A model generated the notes under the pieces. It was not told the origin of the DNA. It saw only the letters and a program-made list of their open reading frames with translations, and ran no database searches. From Chrysochromulina tobinii (lineage: Eukaryota): DNA of 41,761 nt. The stretch is from contig JWZX01002622.1 in the NCBI GenBank assembly GCA_001275005.1, positions 1 to 41,761 on the forward strand, read 5' to 3'. Both the position numbers and the translations under genes were made by a program. This document shows, in pieces, positions 1 through 8,938 of the stretch (position 1 is its first letter; each line of letters begins with the position of its first letter).

Positions 1-129
1 GAGGCGGAGGAGGAGGCGCAGGAGGAGGAGGAGGAGGAGGAGGCGCAGGAGGAGGAGGAGGAGGAGTGTGCTCGCTTGACTCGATGCGCCGCCCGCGACG
101 CCTCGTACGGGTTTTATAGCATGGTATAG
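1..129 (+). CDS. Possible 3' end of an upstream gene with a poly-Glu tract (partial)
   Basis: (GAG)n low-complexity run; frame 1 reads EAEEEAQEEEE...SMV then TAG at 127-129. It could equally be a non-coding microsatellite. Confidence 0.3.
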   Translation, partial: EAEEEAQEEEEEEEAQEEEEEECARLTRCAARDASYGFYSMV

Positions 130-310
130 CATGGTATACAGTGACTGTTAAAACATTTTTTGGCTCTGACAGCACACGTGACACGAGACAACGCCTCAAG
201 CGGCGAGACCACTGCCATGGACGTTGCTTCGACCCCCCCTCGAGCTGCGCCCACAAAAGCCACATGCGCTTCCGACCACTGATGCTATCTCGTCGCCAAT
301 AAACTATGGC

Positions 311-2915
311 CTATCGCGGAACGGCGGTCTGTGGCTTGGGCGTGTGATCCTTGTCGAGACCAAGCAACTTGCAGATAGCATTGCAGCGGTGAGCCGCAAA
401 GAAGTTCTGCATGCCTTTGTACCCGTGGTCTGAATTGCCAGGAATGCGCTTTAGACCAGGCTGCCGATCGTTGGTATGCAAGGCCGGATCCGTCAGAATG
501 TACTGGCAGGTCTTGGGCCTCCAGCCCTGCACGTCTGTGAGCAGGTACACGTGCTTGCTCTCCGTAAATGAGAAGTGCGATAGCGCCTGCGGGTACGGGT
601 CGACCTCGCCTTCCTCATCGAGGAACCAGTCGGCGTTGTTGTTCCATTTGACAAAGTCGCCATCGCTCTCATTGAAGTCGCGACCCAAACACTCCTCCGT
701 GGAAAGGTACTCGCCGCTTGACAGCTCAAGCACGTCAGACGTGACGTACTTCATCTTGAGCGATGACTCAGGCTGCTTCTCCTTGACGCTCTTCTCGAAG
801 CGCGATGCGAACTCCTTTGCGAGGCAATACTGCCGCGCGGTTGCCATCGCGTCCTGCCAGTCCATTTCTTTGCCGCGGGGCAGGATGAAGCTCTTAGCGA
901 CGCGGCGTTTGCTGGCCAGCTTGAGCAGGTAGACGACACGGAACGAGCCGAATTTCCAATGACGCTCGCGCCGCAAGCAGCTAATACCGGTCGCCTTGAC
1001 TCTGCGCTCGAGCTTCTCGGTGCCAAACTTGCCGTCGGGAAAGGCGAGGTTGAAGGTGTAATGCTTGGCGATGCTAATTTCGATCCAGCCGGTCGATGAG
1101 TCCCACGCAGGCGGACAGACATCCTCGTCGAGCTCACGTAGTCGCTGCATTGCTTCGATTCTCTTGATATCCTCCATGGCGTTAAATTCCGCCAACTCGT
1201 TCTGCTCGAGCTTCGCCTTCTCAAGCTGGAGCTTGCGCTTCTCGAGGTCGAAGAACGCTTCCATCGTCGCCTCCGCCCTTTTCTTCGTTCTCTCAGCCTC
1301 GCGTATCTGCTGGCGATAATTCTTGACCTGCGACTCGGTCGCTGCCCGGAGCTGCTCCTTCTGGCGCTGCGCGATCCTTGCGATCGTCGTCTGCTGCTGC
1401 TGCCTCGCGTGCACCTGCTCGATCTGCTGCCTGTGCATGGCGAGCGCCTGATGATGACCCCATTGGGCACGCAAGTAGTGCTCCTGCTGCGCGGCCATTC
1501 GCAACCGCATCACATGCTGGCGCATCGAGCGCACTTCAGCGAGGCGCCGGTCGGCGATCTCTTGCCGCTTCTCGATAATGTCAATGAGCATCTGCTGACG
1601 CTCCAGGATCTCCTCAAATCTCTGCTGCGCTGCGCCCTGTGGGTCACCCTTGGAGCTTCGGCGGCGCCGACTTGCCAAACACTTTTTTGTGCTGACGCTG
1701 CGGCAGAGCATTGCCGAAAGAGTGCACCTTTGCCAGTGCCTGCCGTCGCCGCTCGTCGCCTTCGAGGGTAATCGGTGGCTGTACGTCAAAGGCTCGAAGC
1801 AGCGAGCACACGCGCGCCGACTTAACGGCCACTGCGCGGTCATCTGTCAGATGCAGTTGCAGCTCACGTCGCACTCTTGGTTGAGACGGTGACGAATGTT
1901 GGTCCCCACGGCCATCGCGCTGCTTCCGCGCCACATCGGTCGCAGGCGTCTGCGCCGTCCTGGCTGAAGGCGTGGGCGTCTCGTTGCTAGTGGCGGCGTC
2001 GACAGCTGGTCGACGGTGCTCGGGGCGCTCCATGTTGGCGGGGGGGGATGCCGCGGCTAGCGCCTGCAAATGTGTTGTCAGCAGCGGAAGTGTACGGTTG
2101 ATGCCCTCATGGTGAGGGAGAGAGCCGCCTTGAATCAAGCGAGTGACGAGTGCCATGGGGCGAGTGGCGAGGGCTCCGCCGCTGGCGACGTGGGAGAGGA
2201 TCGCGTTAATGCGCAGTTCCTCCGTTTCGCAAATCTTGACCAGGTTGAGCAGGTCAAGCATGCTCTCTTCCTCCTCCGTGAGCCGCCCGCCAAGTGACGG
2301 CTGCAATTCGACCTTGTGCCCACCAGGTGGCTCATTGGGCGGTGTGTGTTGCATGCCATAAGCCCTGTTTTGGTGCACTTGGGCGACCTTTTGGGGTGAA
2401 AGCTCAGGTGGCAGCATCAGGTGCTGGTCGCCCGATTCGGCATAGGCTGCCGCCTCAGCTCTTGCATGCGTCACGGCCTCGCTGGAAGAAACCCATGCCA
2501 GATCTATCGGCTCAGCCGCCTCGCTTCCTATAGCAGCATCGTCAGCGCCTGGCACGGCACTGTCGATGCTCGGTTTGGTCGGCGTGCACTGCTTCGACGC
2601 GTCTGCTAGAGAGCCGACATCAGCAAGTGGCGCGCCTTCAATTGGGTCTTCAGCAAATGGGTCTTCAGCAAATGGGTCTTCAGCAAGTGGGTCTTCCGCA
2701 ACTGGTTCGTCCATAAGTTCTTGTCTTTTTTCTTCTCCTACAAAATCAGTTTCTCTGTGGAACATCTCATCTGGGACGAGAATCTCCACTTGGTCGAGCT
2801 TGTCGAGCACATTTTCCGTCTCCATCTGTAAAGGCCCTGATACCTGAAGTTGCTGGCCCAGGGGCTCCTGCGCTGCCGCCCGAGACCATTTCTTCTCACT
2901 CCTGCCCTCCGCCAT
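311..2915 (-). CDS. Alpha-kinase (eEF2K/MHCK family) with long low-complexity/coiled-coil N-terminus; predicted exons 2915-1728 and 1636-311 (~837 aa)
   Basis: C-terminal motifs GSFRVVY, VAKSF, FVKWNNN, PQALSHFSF, LLTDVQG, LTDPALHT, GNSDHG and HRCNAICKLLGL (Zn ligands) are typical of alpha-kinases. ORFs 1644..2915 and 311..1843 join in frame via a phase-0 intron AAG|GTGCAC...CCACAG|GGC (1727-1637). The kinase call is firmer than the exon join. Confidence 0.8.
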
Positions 2916-3362
2916 TTTCGAAGGAAGGAAGCCGCGCGCGCCTCGCGAGAAAGCGATCGCGCGCTTGGTCTTTGGTGTGAAATTGGCTGTGAAATTACAT
3001 CATTACATGTGAAACACTTCGTTCGTTCGTTCGTTTCAGAGCCCTCCAGGCCAGACACACACCCAGCCCCGAAAAGGCGTGCGTGGGAGGCGCTCACACA
3101 GACCCACTTTACACACGTTAACGAGAGTTCCTGAAAAGGTGCGGGATGCAGATCAGTGGGCTCGGCCGTCGGGGGCCCCCTTTTGAGGCCCCCCCCTGGC
3201 ATCGCCGGTCCCGGCGCTACGCCGGGGCGACTCTGTACTGCGAACCGCGCGCCGCGCGCGCTCGAGCGATTGGTGGTACTGAGTCGGAGACTCGCATCAA
3301 TGTGCGTCATTAGGGGATGCGGCTCATGCGGCCGAAGAGGAGGAAAGAAATGACGCCAATGG

Positions 3363-4760
3363 CTAGAACCAGAGACCTCGCAACTTGGCAGTTAAACTTT
3401 GTGCCGCATCCCCTAATGACTGAATGACTCGAATGGCGGCGTTGCCACGCAGCTCCGCTGGTGGTGGAGTAGAAGGTGCAGACAGCGGCGGAGGAGGTGC
3501 CGACGGCGGAGGAGGTGCCGACGGCGGAGGAGGTGCCGACAGCGGTGGAGGCTGTTTAGCCGCTGGTGGACGAGTAGAAGGTGCAGACAGCGGTGGAGGT
3601 GCCGACAGCGGTGGAGGCCGTAGCGCCTTTGCCAGGCGCAAGATGGCTAAGGCGCGCTTGCTCGGGCCGTGTTTCTCACCTCGAGCTGGGTCTGTCCGCC
3701 TCTCTTCTAGCATCTGCACGCACTCGTGCCAATCGCGCTCTGAAAAGGTTGCGCATTGGGTGACCTCCTCCCTACTCCAAAGATAGCCTACAGAAGAAGA
3801 GAGCAATTCCGCAGCCTCGCAGGCCATCACGCCTCGGTCCGAGGTCGGCTCGGCTCCCAAGTCGACGAACTTAGTGCTATCCAAGGTGAGCTCAGAAAGT
3901 TGCATGAGCATCGCAGGCATCGTCGGCTGCGCATCGTCAGTTGCCCGCGACAGTTTTGAATCGTCGTATCGATTCTTGAGCAAATGGATCAGCCTTCGCA
4001 TGCATTTGATCTCGACAGCGTCGTGTTCGCGAATTCGTTTTGCATCGATACAACCGAGGGAAATCAGCTTCTCGGCACGCTCGAAGACGATGCTTTCGAT
4101 CTCTTTGAGTTGCCGGCGGCGGCACACCGAGGCTACCTCGCTCAGCACGGGCAATGGCATGAGTTCTGTGTCTGTGCGTTTGACCATCATAATGATCCTC
4201 TCGGTGACATGGCAATCTGGGAATGCTGAGCGGAGGCTGGACAGTTGCTTCTCCGCGGTCAGCCGGCAGAGGAGCTGCAGGTGCTCGAGTCGGAAGTAAT
4301 CTTGTGCATTCGTTAGGTGAATGATAGCGTCGTGGAGGCTGAGTAAGAAACGCTTGACAGCCTCGTTCGTGGCGAGAGAGTCCATGCAGCATGCCTCGAT
4401 CATGTTCCACACTTCGGGAAGATGTATGTGCTCTGAGCACAGCGACGCCAAGTAGTCCGCATTCGCAGGGGGGCCGAGGTACGAAACAAGACGAGTGGGG
4501 TCACGAACAGCTAGTTCTGCGCCCACGTAACCACAAAAGCGCGCGACGGTCTCACCGCGTGCATCTGTAGCGAGCGCCATGAGTACCTTCTCCATCACCA
4601 TGTCGTCCTTGCAGATTTGTGAGAGTTGCGGATGGTGGTCGCAGCGCCGCAGGAGCTCCATTACCCGCCATGTTGCTGTCAAAGTCTCAGGTTCATCTTC
4701 TTGGCACGAATCTCCGAGCAGAAGAGAGTCGACCGTCGCATTTTCGCGATCCGACAGCAT
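3363..4760 (-). CDS. Hypothetical alpha-helical protein with C-terminal Pro-rich (PPPLSA) repeats
   Basis: Long open frame. The likely start is ATG 4760 (MLSDREN), although the ORF extends to 4907. No recognisable domain. Confidence 0.55.
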   Translation of the reverse strand: MLSDRENATVDSLLLGDSCQEDEPETLTATWRVMELLRRCDHHPQLSQICKDDMVMEKVLMALATDARGETVARFCGYVGAELAVRDPTRLVSYLGPPANADYLASLCSEHIHLPEVWNMIEACCMDSLATNEAVKRFLLSLHDAIIHLTNAQDYFRLEHLQLLCRLTAEKQLSSLRSAFPDCHVTERIIMMVKRTDTELMPLPVLSEVASVCRRRQLKEIESIVFERAEKLISLGCIDAKRIREHDAVEIKCMRRLIHLLKNRYDDSKLSRATDDAQPTMPAMLMQLSELTLDSTKFVDLGAEPTSDRGVMACEAAELLSSSVGYLWSREEVTQCATFSERDWHECVQMLEERRTDPARGEKHGPSKRALAILRLAKALRPPPLSAPPPLSAPSTRPPAAKQPPPLSAPPPPSAPPPPSAPPPPLSAPSTPPPAELRGNAAIRVIQSLGDAAQSLTAKLRGLWF

Positions 4761-5004
4761 CAGCGCGTTACGGAATACGAGCTTGTAAAGGCTTTCATTG
4801 GTGCGCTCGGGTCTTCGTGTGACTCGTGTGTGAGAAATTCGAAAAAGTATTTCCCAAAAACGCCGCATGTGTGCGCGCACAGTACAGCTTGCTGCGCATG
4901 CTTGCACAGTGCGCGCGCGCGACTCCGGCCTTTTCGTGAGAAAAAAACGGGTTCACACGAGTCACAAGAGTGCTTGGGTCGCTCGGGTTTTGTAAGGCGG
5001 TGCG

Positions 5005-6474
5005 ATGCCCACGAAGAGTCCCGAGGAGCTGCAGGCCATCATCGACGGCATGAACCAAAAAATCGCGTTGCTCGAGGCCAAGACGCAGCAGACCGAGGCG
5101 CAGTATAAGGTCGAGAAGAAAGAGCTCGAGCAGGAGATCCACACCCTCCGTGCCACCGCTGGAAATGGCATGGGCGCGATGGGCATGCCGATGATGGGGA
5201 TGGGCGGCATGCCGATGGGGATGGGCGGGATGGGGGGGATGGGGATGGGCGTGCCGATGATGGGGATGGGCATGCCTCCGATGCCCGGTCAGGACCAAGC
5301 AGTGTCGCCACAGATGCAGCAAATGCAAATGTTGATGTGCATGGCCCAAGCCAACCCGGCAATGATGCCGCAGTGCATGCAAATGATGCAAATGATGATG
5401 GGCATGGGTCCGCAGCCTGCGACCGGCACGACACCCATGCCCTTCGCCTTCTCAGCCGTACCGGCAGCTCCCGTCAGCAGCGTCACATCATCCTCGAGGC
5501 CAGCCGCGTCGTTGTCCGTCAGCGCGCATGCGCCGGGCGCTACCCTGGAAGGCGGCTCGACCGTCGCGCAGCTACGTGCGCTGCAGGCGGAGAAGGACAA
5601 GCTTGCCAGCCGCTCTGTCAGCGCGAGCAACCGTGCAGATTCCGCGTCCAAGATCGCCTCGATCAAAGCGAATGCCCTTGCGAGGCAGGACACAGCGGTC
5701 GAGCTCTGTATCCTCATGGACTGCACGGGATCAATGGGTAGTTACATCGAGCAAGCCAAACAGACAGCAGCCTTAATTGTCAAGCAGGCTCGCGATAAGT
5801 ACGCGGTCGACCTACGCGTTGCCTTTGTCGGGTATCGCGACTTCGATGATTCAGTGCGCTTCGAGGTGAAGGATTTCGTGGCTGGCGAAAACATCGACGA
5901 AGTCACCAAGCTTCTGATGCACTGTACCGCCACGGGTGGCGGTGATGCCCCCGAGGATGTTGCCGGCGGCTTGGAGAAGGCCCTGCACCTCTCGTGGTCG
6001 CAATCATCCTCCCGTATCAAGATGATCGTGCACGTCGCCGACGCGCCCGCGCACGGCTCAGAGTATCACGTTGGCCTCGTTGACAACCACGATGGCGTGC
6101 AAAACCCCGATCCGGCGGAGATGATGAGGCAGCTCGGCGACAAGAAGGTGGCCTATTACTTCTTTAAGATCAACAACTCAACCGACAAGATGATTGCCAA
6201 GCTCAAAGAGGCGCACAAGAACAGCCGCCGCGAGTTCAAGGTGCACGAGCTGGGGAAGGGGAACGAGTTCAAGTTTGCCGACATAGTGCTCGGATCCATC
6301 GCCAGCTCCGTACGCGCCGCCGGCATCACGCTGCCGACACCCTCTGCACCTGCATCCCCCGCCACACCCGCCTCCGCCTCCGCCTCTTTCTCTCGCTCGT
6401 CCGCCTCCTCCGTGCCAAGCATGGCCGCCGGCGGTGGCGGCGCCTCGGCTACATTCACGCCTAGCCACTATTGA
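5005..6474 (+). CDS. VWA-domain protein (VwkA/alpha-kinase-associated type) with N-terminal coiled coil and Met/Gly-rich region
   Basis: MIDAS-like motif MDCTGSM, plus VAFVGYRD, GGGDAPEDVAGGL and ADAPAHG, as in the VWA domain of Dictyostelium VwkA-type proteins. Confidence 0.85.
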   Translation: MPTKSPEELQAIIDGMNQKIALLEAKTQQTEAQYKVEKKELEQEIHTLRATAGNGMGAMGMPMMGMGGMPMGMGGMGGMGMGVPMMGMGMPPMPGQDQAVSPQMQQMQMLMCMAQANPAMMPQCMQMMQMMMGMGPQPATGTTPMPFAFSAVPAAPVSSVTSSSRPAASLSVSAHAPGATLEGGSTVAQLRALQAEKDKLASRSVSASNRADSASKIASIKANALARQDTAVELCILMDCTGSMGSYIEQAKQTAALIVKQARDKYAVDLRVAFVGYRDFDDSVRFEVKDFVAGENIDEVTKLLMHCTATGGGDAPEDVAGGLEKALHLSWSQSSSRIKMIVHVADAPAHGSEYHVGLVDNHDGVQNPDPAEMMRQLGDKKVAYYFFKINNSTDKMIAKLKEAHKNSRREFKVHELGKGNEFKFADIVLGSIASSVRAAGITLPTPSAPASPATPASASASFSRSSASSVPSMAAGGGGASATFTPSHY

Positions 6475-6904
6475 GACATGGCAGCGATGTGTGTGCATGC
6501 GATGGCCGGTCCCGATGCGCATGATCTCGCCCCGGATCCCGCGCGAAGTCGGACGGTGTACGTGCAGCTGATACGAAACGCAACTCCATTGCATGCTCCA
6601 TTGGCATAATCTCATTTACGACGCTCTCCGCAGTGTGGGTTTTGTGCGACCCCTGACCCCCTGCGCCCTGGCAGCCTCATGCCCTGCAGACTCATCTCTT
6701 CAGGTTTGTGTGGGGTTTTGGTAACGAGATTCGTATTGGTGCGAACTTTGCGGTACACGGTTAAGTAACGCTGAGCGTGTGACAAGATTACTCAGGGTTA
6801 AAGGGTTAGGCTTAGGGTTCGCGCACGCGCGTGAGATTGCAGATTCCCTGACGCGTGACGGTTAAGTCTCAACGGAAAGTGCACGAAGTCGGGCTCTAAC
6901 AATT

Positions 6905-7021
6905 GGCTGTGAATGGGGGCTCTCACGCTCACAATGAGGGAGGCGGGGCTGATTTTTCCCCATGGGCTGTGAATGGGGGCTCTCACGCTCACAATGAGCG
7001 GGAGGCGGGGCTGACTTTTTT
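6905..7021. repeat. Two-copy direct repeat, 60-nt period
   Basis: GGCTGTGAATGGGGGCTCTCACGCTCACAATGAG at 6905 and 6965. Confidence 0.9.
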
Positions 7022-7120
7022 CCGACGTCGTACCAGTGTCCGACACCCACTGCACACCCACTGCACTTCCGAAAAAAGTTGGCAGGACGGCACTGCCCAC
7101 TCAGTCACTGCGGGAGCTGC

Positions 7121-8002
7121 CATGGGGAGCTGCGTGCGCAGGTGGGCTGTATCTCTTGAACCAGATCACGCCTATCAATGGTCATGTGCCGGCTGTGGAA
7201 CCAAGAACATTCGGTTGGATCATTCTTTGGCGTTGAGCTGAGCGGGTCGACGTTCATGGACGAGGCGCGAGCTGCGAGGAGCAGGCAGAACCATGCCTTT
7301 CTGAGCCAAATACATGTAGCGGCGAGGTACTCGAAAGATGGCCACAGCGCCAGACAGGTGTGAGCGGCTTGCTTATGCTGTGATGGGTGCGCCGGGCCTT
7401 TTGGATCGGTGCATAGCGCAATTGCATAGCACAGAAAAAGCGCGATGATTTGCGCCCTCGAACTCTACAAGTACTTTGGCGCTCAGGACCCGCTCCGCTT
7501 TGGTTCACGAATGCATAAGGCAGAGCACGTACTACCTAGGATTCGCCCTTGCTGGACTCGCCGGGGCTTGCCATTCTGAGGCCGACCGCGGGCGGACGCA
7601 GCCGACAGCCCAAAGCTGTCGCGGCACGTGCGCGTGCTGTGGCACCGCTTGGACCCGTGCGGCTACTGCATGCTGCTAGGCACTGCCGATAACGCCGAGA
7701 TGGAGGCCAGCTTATGCAACACCTGCTCAGCCCCACGAGTGCCCCCGGATCCCACGTGGAAATGTGCGCACTGCAAGTGCGAGAATAGGAACATGCTGGC
7801 CAACGTCTGCGAAGTGTGCCAGGAAGCGCGTAACAAAGCTGTCGCGGCACGTGCGCGTGCTGTGGCACCGCTTGGACCCATGCGGCTACCGCATGCTGCT
7901 GGCCATGGAGAAGAAGCAGTCACAGGAGATTGCAAGCGTGCACGACAAGGCGTCACGCTTGCTGCAGGTGGCGCGCAGCGCGCACCGGCTACCAATTGGT
8001 AG
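7121..8002 (+). pseudogene. Fragmented RanBP2-type zinc-finger coding remnants
   Basis: WSCAGCGTKN (7121-7241 frame), a partial finger NAEMEASLCNTC and a full WKCAHCKCENRNMLANVCEVC (7628-8002 frame). A ~65-nt segment is duplicated at ~7612 and ~7835. I could not build a coherent gene model. Confidence 0.4.
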
Positions 8003-8689
8003 TCAAGGTGTGCCGACCGAGCTCCTGCGATGCGCGCTTAAGCCGGTGGAGAGAGGCAACATGGCCATCCAAATCGCGGCGTCGGAGCAACGGCGGCAGT
8101 GGCGGCGGCCGATGCTCTGGCGGCATCCGCTCGCGGGATTGCCGCGTTCATCAAGAAGAATGACACGACAGAGCAACTGGGCACGGTCTTCCAGCACGGC
8201 CCTGCCCGGCACACGGAGAGATCCATTATGTTTGGGGTGTGCTCCGTCCAAAAATCTCAGCTGCCCTTTAGTGCCTCGACAGGTAACTACGGCGTGCCCG
8301 CAAAGGAATCCAACCGGGAATCCAACGCGGGCAATGGACAAGGGGATACCATCGCGCCCATGCGTAGCATGATCCCGCTTGCCATCGAGACGCGTGCGGT
8401 GGAATGGCTAGTGGTGGGATTCCAATTCGTGGCCCAAAGGGAGTCGGCCGTACGCGAACCCTGCCCGAGATGACATTGGTCCGCCGGTCAAACACGCGAC
8501 CAAGTTTACTGCCCCTCAACAAGAAGCAGCAAGTTTACTGCCCCAACAAGAAGCAGTGCCGCAAGGGAGCGCAAGTGAGCGCTAGAGTGGGCGTGGGAAT
8601 GTATGTGCGCCAGACACCTGCTCTGATAGGCTACTACTATGAGCCCGGGCGCGGGGCGGTCTGGCACGTTATGGCTGAAAGTGCGGAAT

Positions 8690-8759
8690 ACATGCTGATC
8701 CCGGTCATCCCCGAGAGCTTGCTAACATGCTGATCCCGGTCATCCCCGAGAGCTTGCTA
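8690..8759. repeat. Perfect 35-nt tandem duplication
   Basis: ACATGCTGATCCCGGTCATCCCCGAGAGCTTGCTA x2. Confidence 0.9.
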
Positions 8760-8938
8760 CTCCCTCGCGTCGCGCTCGACAGCTTCCCCCCCCTTCTCCC
8801 CCTACCCCCCCCCTTCCCCCTTACCGGTACTATATGTGAGAGGAAACTTGCCTTTTGTCCGAGATCGCGGCAGACAGACGCGATCTGCGTCGGCGCCCTC
8901 GTGCTCGCGTGCGTGGGTCCACACCCCCTCGAGGAGCA

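Noticed and set aside
4690..4760. Resemblance of MLSDRENATVDSLL to the SAPS/PP6 regulatory subunit N-terminus
   Set aside because: The match is short and I could not see supporting motifs downstream; an HMM search would be needed.
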